DNA from: an uncultured Desulfobacterales bacterium
Lineage (GTDB): Bacteria > Desulfobacterota > DSM-4660 > Desulfatiglandales > HGW-15
DNA length: 64,000 nucleotides
Direction of reading: 5' to 3'
NCBI GenBank assembly: GCA_964647905.1
Contig: CAZYJR010000008.1
Location: 47,823 to 111,822, forward strand
In this document: positions 42,550 to 53,694 of the stretch, in pieces
Numbering within the stretch: position 1 is the first letter of the stretch
Layout of the letters: the number at the start of each line of letters is the position of its first letter
Notes under the pieces: generated by a model
What the model saw: the letters and a program-made list of their open reading frames with translations, nothing else
What the model was told of the DNA's origin: nothing
Database searches by the model: none
Position numbers and translations under genes: made by a program

Positions 42550-43055
42550 TGACAACACCGACGTACGCCGGGGGTGAGGGCGTTACGGACATGATTAAAA
42601 TAAGAAATTGCAAAGCACTGCCTGATTTTGATTTGGCCCTTCAAATCATCAGAGACTACATCCAATGGCTGGATATGGATCTTTGTTTTCAGGATATAGA
42701 CAATGAATTGTCGGGATTCAGCACCATCTACTCGCCACCCGGCGGGGCGTTTCTGATTGCATATCATGGAGATGCTCCGGCCGGCGGCGGGGGCGTGAGA
42801 AGGCTCGAGCCCGGGGTCTGCGAGATGAAGCGCCTGTTCGTGTATGAGCGGTTCAGGGGGTGGGGGGTGGGGAGGGCCTTATGCACCGCATTGATCAGGG
42901 AAGCGAAGGAATTGGGATATGATAAGATGCGGCTGGACACCCTGGGGCGCATGAAGACCGCGGCAAGGCTCTACGAAGGCCTGGGGTTCAAGGAAATCGA
43001 GCCCTACCGATTCAACCCGGATCCAGGGGTGAAATACATGGAGCTGGAGCTGTGA
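42549..43055 (+). CDS. GNAT-family N-acetyltransferase
   Basis: RLFVYERFRGWGVGRAL acetyl-CoA motif A. The start is uncertain (42549 or ATG 42591). Confidence 0.8.
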   Translation: MTTPTYAGGEGVTDMIKIRNCKALPDFDLALQIIRDYIQWLDMDLCFQDIDNELSGFSTIYSPPGGAFLIAYHGDAPAGGGGVRRLEPGVCEMKRLFVYERFRGWGVGRALCTALIREAKELGYDKMRLDTLGRMKTAARLYEGLGFKEIEPYRFNPDPGVKYMELEL

Positions 43056-43709
43056 TCACAGCCGAACCGCTTCCCCCAGTTCCAGCCCGGCTTCAAGGGC
43101 CCGGTCCAACACCTCGGGGCGCCCCCTTATCATGCCCCGGTCAAAGAGGCCGTAGACTTCGATTTCCCGGATGATATCATACCCCATTGATCGGAGCGGC
43201 AGGCGCATGGCCTCCAGGGTGACCCCGATGCTCTCCTTGGTCTCCTGTTCGCATATCGCGGCGATCACCGCCTTCCTTCCCTGCCCGGCCAACCGGCTGG
43301 ACCACGGCCGCGGCCGGGAGTCTCCGAAGTCATAGAAACAGTAGAGCCGGTCGATAAAGGCCTTCATCAAGGCCGTGACATTGTAGGTGTGTGTGGGGGA
43401 GACCAGCACCAGGCCGCGCGACCGGAGAACAAGGGGGTACAACAGGGTCATGCCGTCATTGAGCCCGGTGCATATCTTATCTTTTCTGCACTTCTCACAC
43501 CCTTTACACGATTGAAACCAATAGTCGCGCAAGTGCCGGTTGTCCGCTTCCACTCCTTGTCTCTTCAACCCCCCGGCTATGTGCTCCAGGAGGATGTCAG
43601 AGTTGCCTCCCCGCCTCGGGCTGCCGCCGAGGCCAAGGACCCGCCTATGTACTGAATAATCGGTATGGCGGGGGGCGCAATGTCCAAACTCCAACGAATT
43701 ATCCACCAT
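43056..43709 (-). CDS. Iron-sulfur flavoprotein / NADPH-dependent FMN reductase family
   Basis: SD AAGGAGG. GGSPRRGGNS FMN loop and Cys cluster CKGCEKCRKDKIC as in Isf-type flavoproteins. Confidence 0.7.
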   Translation of the reverse strand: MVDNSLEFGHCAPRHTDYSVHRRVLGLGGSPRRGGNSDILLEHIAGGLKRQGVEADNRHLRDYWFQSCKGCEKCRKDKICTGLNDGMTLLYPLVLRSRGLVLVSPTHTYNVTALMKAFIDRLYCFYDFGDSRPRPWSSRLAGQGRKAVIAAICEQETKESIGVTLEAMRLPLRSMGYDIIREIEVYGLFDRGMIRGRPEVLDRALEAGLELGEAVRL

Positions 43710-43739
43710 GCGGCCTCCTTATGGGCTGCTACGACCCGT

Positions 43740-46700
43740 TTATACGCCGTCCAGGGCCGCCCTGACCCTGGCGGCGAGCTCATTCATTGAAAAAGGCTTT
43801 TGCATGAACTGCGTTCCGCGGTCCATTACGCCCCTGTGGACTATCGCGTTGGCGGTGTAACCGGACATGAACAAGGTCCTCAGATCCGGGTGGAGCTCCT
43901 GAAGCCTCACGGCCAAATCCCGGCCGTGCATCCCGGGCATGACTACATCGGTGAGGAGCAGGTGGATCGGGCCGTCATGCTCCCGGGCGGCGGCCAGGGC
44001 CAGGTCCGGGCCTTGAGCCGACAGCACGCGGTACCCCAGCCGCTTGAGGATCTTTCCGGCCAGTTTCAGGATAGCGGCCTCGTCTTCCACCACCAGGATC
44101 GTTTCTCCTCCGCCCCGGGGAATCTCCTTCTCGACCTCCCCCTCGTCTTCCTTGACCACCGACTCTCCCGGGACGCGCGGGAGGTAAATCTTGATGGAGG
44201 TCCCCTTCGCAGGTTCGCTGTAGACGTTGATGAAGCCGCTGTTCTGCTTGACAATACCGTAGACCGTAGCGAGCCCCAGGCCGGTGCCCTTGCCCACATC
44301 CTTAGTGGTAAAGAACGGCTCGAAGATGTTCTCCATGGTCTCCCGGTCCATGCCGCTGCCGTCGTCGCTCACTGCGAGCATAACGAACTCGCCTGTTACA
44401 AAGGCCGGGTGCTCCGAGCAGTACTCCTCATCAAAGGCGACATCGGCCGTCTCGATGACGACCCGCCCGACGCCGCCGATGGCGTCCCTCGCATTGATGC
44501 ACAGATTGGCCAGGATCTGATCCACCTGGACGGGATCCATCTTGACCCGCCAAAGCCCCTTCCCGGGCAGCCATATCAAGTCGATGTCCTCGCCTATCAA
44601 GCGCCTGAGCATCTTGAGCATTCCCTCTATGGTCTCGTTCAGGTCGAGCACCCTGGGGCTGATGGTCTGCTTGCGGGCGAAGGCCAGGAGCTGCTTGGTG
44701 ATCTCCGCTGAGCGCCGCGCCGCCTTGAGGACCTCCTGGAGGTCGGCATGGAGCGGGTCACCCGGTTCCGCCTTTTCCAGGGCTAGCTCCGCATACCCTA
44801 TTATCACGCCCAGCATGTTGTTGTAGTCGTGGGCCACGCCCCCGGCGAGCCTCCCCACCGATTCCATCTTCTGGGCCTGAAAGAGCTGCCTCTCCAGGGC
44901 CTCCCTCTCTTGCTCGGAGCGCTCCTTCTCCTCGGCCATCTTAAGGGCCTTCAGGGCGAAGGCCAGATCGCCCGCCATCTCGGCGAAAAGGGCCTGCTCC
45001 TCGAGGTCGTGGCCGGGCCCGTACTCCAGCGATGCGGCAAGGTAGCCGAGCACGATGCCGCCATGGGCCAGGCGCACGCACAAGGAGTGTGTCTCAGCGC
45101 ATTCCTCGGCCATCGGGCATTGGTCGCAGACCGCTTGTCTGTGCTCGATCAACAAGGCGTCCTCCCTGGACCCGGCCCTGTCGCAGCAGGGAGGCAGCTC
45201 GTTCCGCTCAATCATGCTCGAGACCCGCTCCAGGGCCTCTCCCAATCCCGCTCCGGCCCATGAAACGGGCCGGTCGTCCCGGTCGACCAGTATGATCAAG
45301 GCGGAGGCATAGCCCCGGTTGTCCACCAGCAGCCTGCAGGCCTCGCTGATCAAGGTGTCCCGGTCCCTTTCCCGGCCGATCAGTTGATTCACATCCCTGA
45401 TCGCCCTCAGTACGTTGTTGAGGTGCTCGACCCGCTCCTCGGCCTCCTTTCGCTCGGTGATATCGAGCATGGCACAGACCAGGCCCTCCGGGCTTCCATC
45501 GCGACCGAAGAAGAGCGATTCGTGGAAGATGACCCTGCGTCGCCGCCCGCTGCTGTCCAGGATCTCGACCTCATAGACCTCAACATCGCCCTTTTCCAAA
45601 AGGCTCAAATCAGCGGTATGAAAGCGTTCTGCCATCTTCGCCGGCATGATATCAAGGGCGCTCCTGCCTATGATTTCCTCCTTGGCCAGGCCCACGAAAT
45701 CCGAGAACGCCCTGTTGCACCCCAAGTAGAGACCTTGCGTGTTCTTGTAGAAGACGGGCACCGCTATGGAATCTATGATGGTCTCGAGGAGATCCTCGCT
45801 CTGGCGCAGCTCCGAGGTGCGGCGTGCAACCTGCCTGTGCAATGACCAGGACCAAAAAAAGACTCCAAAGAGTATCAAAAGGAGCGGGATCACGATCATG
45901 GCCGAGTACCTGAGGGCGGTCAAGAGATCCAGGGGCTCTTCCTGGTAGACCCCCAGCCACTTCTTCCTTATGCGCCTGTACTCGCCGGTCTCCTCCAGGA
46001 CCTTCAAGCCTTCGCTGAACTGGGCCAGCAGCGGCCTCTGGTTATTGGGAACCGCATAGCAGTAGTCCAGTGAAAGGAGCGGGGTCTTGCCCGCGGTGAG
46101 ATTGGTCCACCCGTGCCGCTCGATCCAGTAAAGGGCCGTCATACGGGCCATCAGGGCGCAGTCGTGCCTTCCCTTGGATAGCTCCCGCAGGGCGTCCTCT
46201 TGGGAGTCCACAAGGGTGAGTCGGTCTCGGAGTCCGTTTTCCACGGCAAAGTCGTGCATGATATCGCCGTCTTGAACCACGATGCGCTTTCCGGCCAGAT
46301 CTTCGACGCCGCCCGGGGGCGGGCCGGAATCCCGGCGGACCACGCCCACATAATGGCTGACCATGTGGGGCGGGGAGAAGTCGAATACCAAATCCCTCTG
46401 CGGGGAGTAGAGCATTCCCTGGACCGCGTCGATCCGACCCCGCTCCAGCTCATCGCGCACCCTGGCCCACGGCCCCAGGCGGATCTCCACATCCAGCCCC
46501 AGCTCCCTGGCGATCGCCCGGGTAAGCTCAACGCTGTACCCCGCCGGGCGCCCGTTCTGATCCAGATACTCGTAGGGCGGGTAATTGTGATCCCCGCCTA
46601 TCACCAGCCGGCGATTGGACGGCAGCTCCAGGGCTGCAAACCACTTGGAATGAAGGTAACGATAGGTCCCGTCCGCAATGACCAAGGCGAGCCCCTCGTT

Positions 46701-47399
46701 CAAGAGCTCCAGCGTGTCCCTGTCCCCCTCCCTGACCGCGAAGCAGAAGTCCTGGCGGAACTCCGAAACGGGCCTGTTTACTATCCGCAGGTTTGTCAGC
46801 CCTATGTCCCTGATCAGGCGGAGAGCCACCAGGCGCTGGATGACCACCGCGTCATGGAGGCCCTGCGAGAGCTCGCGAAGGGCGTCCTCAAAGGTGGCGG
46901 TCGTGTGTATCCTTATCCCCCGATCCTCCCGGCGCAGGAACTCCTCGGTGTTGTCCCCTTTCATGACGGCCACCCGCCGCCCCTCCAGGTCCCTTATGTC
47001 GAGGATGCCCTTGGTTTCCTCCCTCACCACTATTGCGCCGTGAAGAGACATGTAGGGGAAGGTGAAGTCAAACAGTTCCTCCCGCTCGGGCGTGCGGCCC
47101 ACCAGGGGCAGGGCCTGGATCCCGCCTCTTTCCAGCCAACCCTTTACCTCGTCCCAAGGCCCCACCCGGAAGGTGACATCATGGCCCATTGCATGGAGCG
47201 CAGCGCGCATCAGCTCCACTGAGAAGCCGCCGGCAAGGCCGTCCTCGTCCACGATGCAAAAGGGCGGGTAATCGTACTCGCACCCGGAGATGACCGTGGG
47301 CCTGGTCAACGGGGCGGTCTCCGCGGCCTGTGCCGGGCCTTGAATCAGAAGCACCAATACCGAGGCGATGACCACGGACGGCGGCAGGCAGCGTTTCAT
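43740..47399 (-). CDS. Hybrid sensor histidine kinase (3x periplasmic solute-binding domains, TM, PAS, GAF, HisKA, HATPase, REC)
   Basis: The ATG at 47399 ([25 protein letters not shown] signal) overlaps the upstream stop. Three SBP_bac_3-like repeats. H-box [10 protein letters not shown]-boxes GTGLGLATV, and C-terminal ILVVEDE...TDVVMPGM receiver. Confidence 0.85.
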   Translation of the reverse strand: MKRCLPPSVVIASVLVLLIQGPAQAAETAPLTRPTVISGCEYDYPPFCIVDEDGLAGGFSVELMRAALHAMGHDVTFRVGPWDEVKGWLERGGIQALPLVGRTPEREELFDFTFPYMSLHGAIVVREETKGILDIRDLEGRRVAVMKGDNTEEFLRREDRGIRIHTTATFEDALRELSQGLHDAVVIQRLVALRLIRDIGLTNLRIVNRPVSEFRQDFCFAVREGDRDTLELLNEGLALVIADGTYRYLHSKWFAALELPSNRRLVIGGDHNYPPYEYLDQNGRPAGYSVELTRAIARELGLDVEIRLGPWARVRDELERGRIDAVQGMLYSPQRDLVFDFSPPHMVSHYVGVVRRDSGPPPGGVEDLAGKRIVVQDGDIMHDFAVENGLRDRLTLVDSQEDALRELSKGRHDCALMARMTALYWIERHGWTNLTAGKTPLLSLDYCYAVPNNQRPLLAQFSEGLKVLEETGEYRRIRKKWLGVYQEEPLDLLTALRYSAMIVIPLLLILFGVFFWSWSLHRQVARRTSELRQSEDLLETIIDSIAVPVFYKNTQGLYLGCNRAFSDFVGLAKEEIIGRSALDIMPAKMAERFHTADLSLLEKGDVEVYEVEILDSSGRRRRVIFHESLFFGRDGSPEGLVCAMLDITERKEAEERVEHLNNVLRAIRDVNQLIGRERDRDTLISEACRLLVDNRGYASALIILVDRDDRPVSWAGAGLGEALERVSSMIERNELPPCCDRAGSREDALLIEHRQAVCDQCPMAEECAETHSLCVRLAHGGIVLGYLAASLEYGPGHDLEEQALFAEMAGDLAFALKALKMAEEKERSEQEREALERQLFQAQKMESVGRLAGGVAHDYNNMLGVIIGYAELALEKAEPGDPLHADLQEVLKAARRSAEITKQLLAFARKQTISPRVLDLNETIEGMLKMLRRLIGEDIDLIWLPGKGLWRVKMDPVQVDQILANLCINARDAIGGVGRVVIETADVAFDEEYCSEHPAFVTGEFVMLAVSDDGSGMDRETMENIFEPFFTTKDVGKGTGLGLATVYGIVKQNSGFINVYSEPAKGTSIKIYLPRVPGESVVKEDEGEVEKEIPRGGGETILVVEDEAAILKLAGKILKRLGYRVLSAQGPDLALAAAREHDGPIHLLLTDVVMPGMHGRDLAVRLQELHPDLRTLFMSGYTANAIVHRGVMDRGTQFMQKPFSMNELAARVRAALDGV

Positions 47400-48796
47400 C
47401 AGAATGAATACCTCAAGCCCAAGTACCAGTTGGTGTTGTCCTTGAACCGGCCGAAGAACGTGTGATCCTCTTCTCCTGCAAACAGGTTTCCGCCGGTCTC
47501 CACGGTCCATTCGTCATTGACCTTGTAGGTGATCTTGGGCCTGAAGTAGGCGTCCTGATCGAAAGGCGAGTAAAAGGTGAAGAGGGAAAGAGTGAGGTCT
47601 TGATTCATGAGCAGCTTGGTGAGCCTGAGGGTCAGGAGGTGCCGGTTCTCGTCCCGGGCCCTGGACCCCGGCGGCAGGCGTCGCCTGTAGACCTCATAGT
47701 CCATCATATGCTCCAGGTAGTACTGCAACGACCCGGTGAACTCCTTGGCCAGCTCCCGCTCATAGCCTATCAGCAACCGGATTTCGCTGTTGTTGATAAA
47801 CGGGTCGAGACCGTCCCCGTTCTCCCGGGAGTCATAAAACCCCAACTCCAGGTTGCCGATCCCATGCCCCAGGGGGCCTTGAATGCTGGCCCCGTACACA
47901 TTGAGCCCGGGGAACAGGTAATCTCCGGATGCAGGATCCATGCCCGCGGGGCTCTTCCAATACCCGAAATAGCCGTAGAAGGCCAACTCGTAACCGGATA
48001 TGTTCCTATACGCCCTGAGAGCGATCTCATCGTGGTCGAACCAATGGTCCGGCTCCCTGGCGGCGATCCGGTGGTCTTCGCCCGCGATCCGCCCGAGTGA
48101 GGAGTTCCAATAGCTCAGCCTCTCCCCGTCTATGAAGCGGTCCGGGTCGAATCTGGGCGTATAGACCAGGTTGAGATTCAATGCATCGGTGAACCAGCCG
48201 ATGCGAACCGCGTTCCCTGGCGCCTTCAAGTACTCCACGTCCCTGCCGCTCAAGAACGACACCCAGTCCTTGGGAAAGAGATCATTGATGAAGATGAGGT
48301 CTCCCGTGCCCCAGGAGAGGACTTGGCGGCCCGCCCGCACGTCCACCGAGGGCAGGGGAGAAAAGGTGAAGCGGGCCCGCCGCCAGTCAACGGACGCCTC
48401 ATCGGTCACCCCGTCCAGGACCGCGTCGGCCGTTAGCTCCAAGGCCCCGGAGTCCCGGAACTTCTCCGTCTCGAGCTGCAGGCGTGCCTCCCCCAGGGTG
48501 GCGCTCTCGGATTGGGTGGGATCATCCCGGAGCCGCGGTCCGAACCTACCCTCCACATACCCGTGCAAGGGTATGTCGAGCAAGGCCTTTCCGCCGGGTT
48601 CCTCGGGTGTCGACTCCCGCCCGGAGCGCTCCGGTCCCTCCCCTGACAAGCCGGGAGGGAGTGCGGGCTCGGGTGAGGCTTCCTCCCCGAGACCGGCGGG
48701 CAGGGCCGGCTCATCTGCCTTCGCCTCTTGGGCGGCCCCGAGGAAAAGGGCGGCCGCTGCCAGCAGAACCGCCCGGATCGCTTTTCCCCTGCTCAT
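47399..48796 (-). CDS. Outer-membrane beta-barrel protein (partner of LolA-like/RND exporter)
   Basis: Signal peptide ...GAAQEAKA. Alternating beta-strand pattern and C-terminal ...GLRYSF aromatic terminus. ATGA overlap with the upstream gene. Confidence 0.6.
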   Translation of the reverse strand: MSRGKAIRAVLLAAAALFLGAAQEAKADEPALPAGLGEEASPEPALPPGLSGEGPERSGRESTPEEPGGKALLDIPLHGYVEGRFGPRLRDDPTQSESATLGEARLQLETEKFRDSGALELTADAVLDGVTDEASVDWRRARFTFSPLPSVDVRAGRQVLSWGTGDLIFINDLFPKDWVSFLSGRDVEYLKAPGNAVRIGWFTDALNLNLVYTPRFDPDRFIDGERLSYWNSSLGRIAGEDHRIAAREPDHWFDHDEIALRAYRNISGYELAFYGYFGYWKSPAGMDPASGDYLFPGLNVYGASIQGPLGHGIGNLELGFYDSRENGDGLDPFINNSEIRLLIGYERELAKEFTGSLQYYLEHMMDYEVYRRRLPPGSRARDENRHLLTLRLTKLLMNQDLTLSLFTFYSPFDQDAYFRPKITYKVNDEWTVETGGNLFAGEEDHTFFGRFKDNTNWYLGLRYSF

Positions 48797-49590
48797 CTCA
48801 GATATTCCCGCGGGGCCCGGCGGAGGTACCGCTCGGTGAAGATATCCTCCGGCAGGTCGTTATCGTATGCGACATCGCTGAACTCGAGGACAGTGTTCCC
48901 GCCGCCCTCGAGATCGCTCATCCGCTGCTTGGTGATGGTCTTTCGCCCCTGGATGTCCTTTACCTCCAGCACGGTCATCTCCCTGTACTTGTTGTCTCCT
49001 CTGTAATACTCCGCCTTCACCGGCAGGAATGTGGACTTGTGAACGTACACTATGTAGTAGTCGAACTCCACGTTATCCGGGTTCTTGGGCGTGTTTTTCA
49101 GGACGTAATAGTTCTCCGTGGTATCCGCCAATTCGTGCGAGTCCTCCTCGACACCCCGGCCTGATACGTCCTCGTAGAAGAAATGGGAGCCCACGAAGCT
49201 GGTCCGCTCGTCCGAAGCGGCGATGCGCTTGGTCACATCCAGGGCCGGCAGGTAGAGCCAGCGGTCGTCGTCGCGGCCCACGTGCTTCCACACCAGGAAC
49301 ACCGTGCCCCGCTCATCCGATGGCCGGTGAAAATACACATAGAAGCGCTGTTCCATGTCCCGGTCATCCATGTTCTTCCTGAGGATGGTAAGGGACTTGT
49401 TCCTGGTCCTGCCCTGGGCGTCGGTGATGGTCATCTCCACCCTGGCTTTGCCGTCCTCGCCCTGGTAGTAGGCCATGTGATTGGCCTCGGAGACGATCTC
49501 TTCCACGCTCGGTGCGGCGAGCGCGGGGATAACGCCCGGGGCCGACGCCACGAATACCACGATCAACCAGGCAAACACCTTCTTTCCCAT
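48793..49590 (-). CDS. Outer-membrane lipoprotein-sorting (LolA-like) protein
   Basis: Signal peptide. Family-typical YQGEDGKARVEMTI...RWLYLPAL...RIAASDERTSFVGSHFFYED. Confidence 0.7.
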   Translation of the reverse strand: MGKKVFAWLIVVFVASAPGVIPALAAPSVEEIVSEANHMAYYQGEDGKARVEMTITDAQGRTRNKSLTILRKNMDDRDMEQRFYVYFHRPSDERGTVFLVWKHVGRDDDRWLYLPALDVTKRIAASDERTSFVGSHFFYEDVSGRGVEEDSHELADTTENYYVLKNTPKNPDNVEFDYYIVYVHKSTFLPVKAEYYRGDNKYREMTVLEVKDIQGRKTITKQRMSDLEGGGNTVLEFSDVAYDNDLPEDIFTERYLRRAPREYLR

Positions 49591-49633
49591 AACCGACTCC
49601 TTTTTCCTTTCTCGTTCAAGCCGTGGATCAACC

Positions 49634-52522
49634 TCATGCGGAAGGGCTCTCCCTCCGCTCTTCGACCATGCACGACTCCCGTCTGGAGGTCAGGGCGCAG
49701 GAGAGGAACAGGACCAGGAGCACCGCCAGGCTGACCCATGTCCATTGAGTCCAGCTCAAGGTCAAGAATTGCTGCAGATTAACGATTATCAACGCCAATG
49801 CCGCCACCCCGGTGACCAGGCAGGTGCCGCAGTGGCAGATCAAGGAAAGCTTCCTGCTGCGGGGAAAGAGGAGCGGCTCCAGGTAGCGGATGAGAGAGGG
49901 CAGGATCACCAGGGTAGCGACACCCGAAACCAGCAGGATGGAGGCCATGAAGGTGCCGACCGTGATATAGGGCACCAATGGCGCCAGCAGCAGAGGTGTG
50001 AAACCCACCGCTATCACCACCACATTGCGGGCGATGGCCCTGGCCGGCTCCCCGAACACACCCGGGACCGTGGCCCTCCACCCCTCCCGGTCCCGGTACA
50101 TGGCCCTGGTCCGGACCAGGAAGTGTATGGCGAAATCCACAGCCAGGCCGATGGTAAGCGAGGAGAGGACCGCCACCGGCATGTCGTAGCTCTTGCCCGC
50201 CAGGCCTATGGCCCCGTAGATGACCGCCACGGTGACGGTCAAGGGGACCATGGAGAGGAGGCCCCACAGGGCTGAGCGGAAAAGCAGGATCATCATCAGG
50301 AGCACCACCAGGAAGCTCCCCAGAAAGGCCTGGAGCATGCCTCGCACCATCTTGGCCTGCCAGACCACGTTGATGTAGGTCAGGCCGAACCACCCCGCCT
50401 CGGCCTTCACAGGGGGCGGGTTTTCCTCCATGAAGGTCTCCATCGCCTTTACCACCCTTGTCATGTCCCTGTTGTCCCCGCTCTTCAACTGGACCCAGAG
50501 CGTGCTCTTGCGAAAGTCCGGGGTGACGAAGTGCCAGAGATCCTGGGGCCGGTGGCTGCTCTGGTAGGTGACCAGGGTCTGGGCGACCGCCCTGGAGGTC
50601 TCGGGGATCCTGAAGGCCTCCTCCCTCCCCTCGAAGAGCTCCCTGTGGACCGTCTTCACAATGTCGGCAAGGGAGTTGGATTTCCCCACTATTCCCGTTT
50701 CCAGAAGCCCCTCCTGAAGCCTCTCGATGTACCGCAGCATTTCAGGGTCCTTGAAGACATCGTCCCTTAGCTTTTCCCGGTCCAAGAAGAGCAGGAGCTC
50801 CTCCCACCCGTAGACCGAGTCGCCGGAGGCCTCCTCCATGCGCTCTCGGGCGTACTCCTCCAGGCCCGCCAAGAGCTCCTCCCTGTCCACCGCCCCGAAG
50901 GCCGGATCCTCGGCCTTGCCGGCGAGCAGGCCGGCAAGCTCCCCTGTGGTCTCTTCAAAGGCCTCCTCGGCGGCGAAGACCTCCAACCGCCCCCTGAAAT
51001 CCGCCGCATAACTCTCCGGGTCGAAAGGCCCGGCCTCGGGCGCCAGGCTCAGATAGGCCGTGTAGGTCCCTCCGAAATGGCTGTTCAAGACCCTGTCCGC
51101 AGCCCGTATGGGGTGGTCCTCCTTGAACCACTTGGTCGGGTTGTCGTTGATGACGATCCTGGAGATCCCGTAACCGGCCACCACTACAAGGACCACGGTC
51201 ACTCCCAGATAAACCTTGCCCCTGCGGTAGGTGTCTCCGCCCAAGGCCTTCAAGAAGCGGCCCATGATTCCCGGGCTTGGATGCTCTTCATCCGGCCGGA
51301 CCTTCAGCCCGAAGTCCGCCAGTCTCCGCTCGGGGATGAACATGATGTAGGCGGGGATCAGGGTGATGGTAAGGACCCAGGCGAAGAGGATCCCCAGGGC
51401 CACGAATATGCCGAAGACCTGAACCGGGGGAATGGGAGTCAGGGCCAGGGACGCGAACCCGGCGGCCGAGGTGCATGAAGTGTAGAGCATGGGCAGGAAA
51501 AGTGTGTCGATGGTCTCTCTAACGGTCTTCAAGCGGTCCCTTGCAGCCTGGTAACGATCAAAGAACTCGGAGAGGATGTGGATCGAGTCCAGGACCGCAA
51601 TCGGCATGATAAAGATAGGAATCATGGAGCTCATGATGTGGATGGTGTTCCCGGTGATCACCAGCAGGGACATGGTGAAGATCACCGAGGCCATGGCCAC
51701 CAGCATGGGGGCGACGATCAGGACCAGATTGCGGAAAAAGACCAGCATCAAGACAAAGACGACCAGCATGGCAAGGGGCGCCGAGATAGCCATCTGCTTG
51801 AACATCTCCACCCCGAAGACGTCGTTCGCCACAGGCAGCCCGGTGATGTGCCACTCCTCGTCCCCTCCCTCGAAGCCCTCGATCTTTTCCCTGAGCTTGG
51901 ACCAGACCTCATAGCTCAGGTCCTTGGACGTGATGGGCAGATATACGGCCAGGGCCCGTCCGTCCCCTGATACCAGCGTATCATTCAGGAAAGGGATCCG
52001 TTGCGCCTTGTCCCTGACCGCCAGGGCCTCCTGATCGTCCTTGGGCGGATTCGGCATGAGCCACTCGAACCGGACCGTTCCCATGCCGCCCTGCTCGATA
52101 TTGTCCACCGTGGAGGGTGCAATGATGTCCGCCCGGACCACCCCGGCCCGCGGGTCATCCAGGCCCAGGGCCCCGCCCTGCAGGGTCTGGGCGAACTCGG
52201 TCAATTCATACACCCGTCCGAGCGACTCCCGATTGAACACCCCCTGGGGATGCTCCTCATTGACCACGCCCACCACGATGATCTCGTTCAAGTCGAAAGT
52301 GGACTTCATCCGGTTGTGAAAGACCCGCACCGGTTCATCCGCGCTCAGCATGTTCTCGGGGTCGGTATCCACCCGGACCGGGTTGAGAAAGGGGAATCGC
52401 CCGGGGAAGACGCCGGGCAGGACGGCAAGGGCGCCCATTACGGCCACGAGAACGACTATGGTCCAGACCACGGTCCTGGGGCGATGAGTGGCCACATCGC
52501 TTGTGAAAAGAGCCAAGTTCAT
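49634..52522 (-). CDS. RND-superfamily exporter (MMPL/HpnN-like, two 6-TM bundles)
   Basis: 962 aa. Two sterol-sensing-like TM blocks separated by large soluble loops. SD AAGGA. Confidence 0.8.
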   Translation of the reverse strand: MNLALFTSDVATHRPRTVVWTIVVLVAVMGALAVLPGVFPGRFPFLNPVRVDTDPENMLSADEPVRVFHNRMKSTFDLNEIIVVGVVNEEHPQGVFNRESLGRVYELTEFAQTLQGGALGLDDPRAGVVRADIIAPSTVDNIEQGGMGTVRFEWLMPNPPKDDQEALAVRDKAQRIPFLNDTLVSGDGRALAVYLPITSKDLSYEVWSKLREKIEGFEGGDEEWHITGLPVANDVFGVEMFKQMAISAPLAMLVVFVLMLVFFRNLVLIVAPMLVAMASVIFTMSLLVITGNTIHIMSSMIPIFIMPIAVLDSIHILSEFFDRYQAARDRLKTVRETIDTLFLPMLYTSCTSAAGFASLALTPIPPVQVFGIFVALGILFAWVLTITLIPAYIMFIPERRLADFGLKVRPDEEHPSPGIMGRFLKALGGDTYRRGKVYLGVTVVLVVVAGYGISRIVINDNPTKWFKEDHPIRAADRVLNSHFGGTYTAYLSLAPEAGPFDPESYAADFRGRLEVFAAEEAFEETTGELAGLLAGKAEDPAFGAVDREELLAGLEEYARERMEEASGDSVYGWEELLLFLDREKLRDDVFKDPEMLRYIERLQEGLLETGIVGKSNSLADIVKTVHRELFEGREEAFRIPETSRAVAQTLVTYQSSHRPQDLWHFVTPDFRKSTLWVQLKSGDNRDMTRVVKAMETFMEENPPPVKAEAGWFGLTYINVVWQAKMVRGMLQAFLGSFLVVLLMMILLFRSALWGLLSMVPLTVTVAVIYGAIGLAGKSYDMPVAVLSSLTIGLAVDFAIHFLVRTRAMYRDREGWRATVPGVFGEPARAIARNVVVIAVGFTPLLLAPLVPYITVGTFMASILLVSGVATLVILPSLIRYLEPLLFPRSRKLSLICHCGTCLVTGVAALALIIVNLQQFLTLSWTQWTWVSLAVLLVLFLSCALTSRRESCMVEERRESPSA

Positions 52523-52706
52523 GTCCTTACTCCGGTTGAGCCCTTGATAGCCATATTAGGTAGTTTCCGTCCAGAAATGGCCCTTTCTCCCAATCTCGGC
52601 GTCGATCCGCGGGGTTGGTCGTGCGACGTACTCCAGTACGCCTCCTCCCAACCCCTTGATCTTCTTGACCTTGGAAGAAATTGCTCATTTCTGCCCTGGA
52701 AACTTG

Positions 52707-52741
52707 CTAGTGCCCATAAGGCATTTATGGATGGGCACTAG
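52707..52741. promoter_or_regulatory. 11-bp perfect inverted repeat in a divergent intergenic region
   Basis: CTAGTGCCCAT-N13-ATGGGCACTAG, with a nested CCATAA/TTATGG pair. It lies about 185 nt upstream of the RND exporter and 166 nt upstream of the MBL gene. Confidence 0.3.
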
Positions 52742-52906
52742 GTAGGTGTTGCCTTCCCAGCGGATATTAATCGAATGCCCTCATGTCGAAAAGGATAAAC
52801 TGCTGCCAGTATGCGGCCGGGAGACATGGCCGGGTTTTGCCGAGTATACTTGAAATGCGTCCGGTGATGTGCTTGAGTCTTTCGCGCGGACGGAAGGGAT
52901 ACGGTT

Positions 52907-53656
52907 TTGACTCGGATAACCATACTGGTGGACAACTTTGCGGCCCCCGGGCTCGCGGTCGAACACGGGCTCTCGCTCTGGATAGAGACCGGGGGGAGGC
53001 GCATCCTCTTCGACACCGGGCAGGGGGACGCACTGGAGCCGAATGCGCGCGCCCTGGGAGTCGACGCGGGAGATGCCGGGATCCTGGTATTGAGCCACGG
53101 GCACTACGACCACACCGGCGGCGTGGCCCGGGTCCTAAGGCAGGCCCCGAACATCACGGTCTACTGCCACCCGGGCGTCATGAGGCCCAGGTATGCCGTC
53201 CGGGAGGGCGGGCCCAAGGAGATCGGCATCCCGGCCCGATCAAGGGCTGCCCTGGAGGCCTTGCCGGCCGAGCGTTTTCATCAGGTTCTCCAGCCGGTGA
53301 GCCTCTTCCAGGGGGTCGGCCTAACCGACCCGGTGCCCCGTGAGACCGACTACGAGGATCCCGGCGGCCCCTTCTACCTCGATCCCCTGGGAGCGAAAGA
53401 GGACGTAATCGAGGACGACCTGGCGCTATGGATCCGAACCGGGAGCGGGGTGGTCGTCTGCGCGGGCTGCTCCCACGCCGGCCGCAGGCGTCTCGAGCAG
53501 ACCGTGGCGGCCCTTCGAGCCCTGGACCCTGAACTGGTGGTCCCCTGCCACTGCACCGGGGAAGACGCGGTTTGGGTGCTCAGGCGCGCCCTGGGCGAAA
53601 GGGTCGGACCCGGGGCGGCCGGCACCGCATTCACCTTCGAAAAGCCCTACAGTTGA
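52907..53656 (+). CDS. MBL-fold metallo-hydrolase (COG1237-like)
   Basis: TTG start. ITILVDN...EHGLSLWIE...ILFDTGQ...LSHGHYDHTGG. The segment after GCSHAG looks shorter than I expect for the family, possibly an internal deletion. Confidence 0.7.
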   Translation: MTRITILVDNFAAPGLAVEHGLSLWIETGGRRILFDTGQGDALEPNARALGVDAGDAGILVLSHGHYDHTGGVARVLRQAPNITVYCHPGVMRPRYAVREGGPKEIGIPARSRAALEALPAERFHQVLQPVSLFQGVGLTDPVPRETDYEDPGGPFYLDPLGAKEDVIEDDLALWIRTGSGVVVCAGCSHAGRRRLEQTVAALRALDPELVVPCHCTGEDAVWVLRRALGERVGPGAAGTAFTFEKPYS

Positions 53657-53694
53657 CAGTGGCAGCGGCCGCGGGAAACCTCAATGCGGCCGGG

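Noticed and set aside
48560-48720. Repetitive Pro/Gly/Glu-rich coding stretch (PALPAGLGEEASPEPALPPGLSGEG) in the OM protein gene that looked like a tandem DNA repeat.
   Set aside because: This is only a short imperfect duplication at the protein-linker level after the signal peptide. It is not a tandem repeat array or CRISPR-like structure.
52523-52906. Searched this and other long intergenic regions for sigma54 (-24 GG / -12 GC) promoters, tRNAs and small repeats. TGGAAACTTGCT at about 52697 and GGCACAAGAG at about 8271 were examined.
   Set aside because: The spacing between the GG and GC elements does not fit the TGGCAC-N5-TTGC consensus. No cloverleaf-capable sequence was seen.
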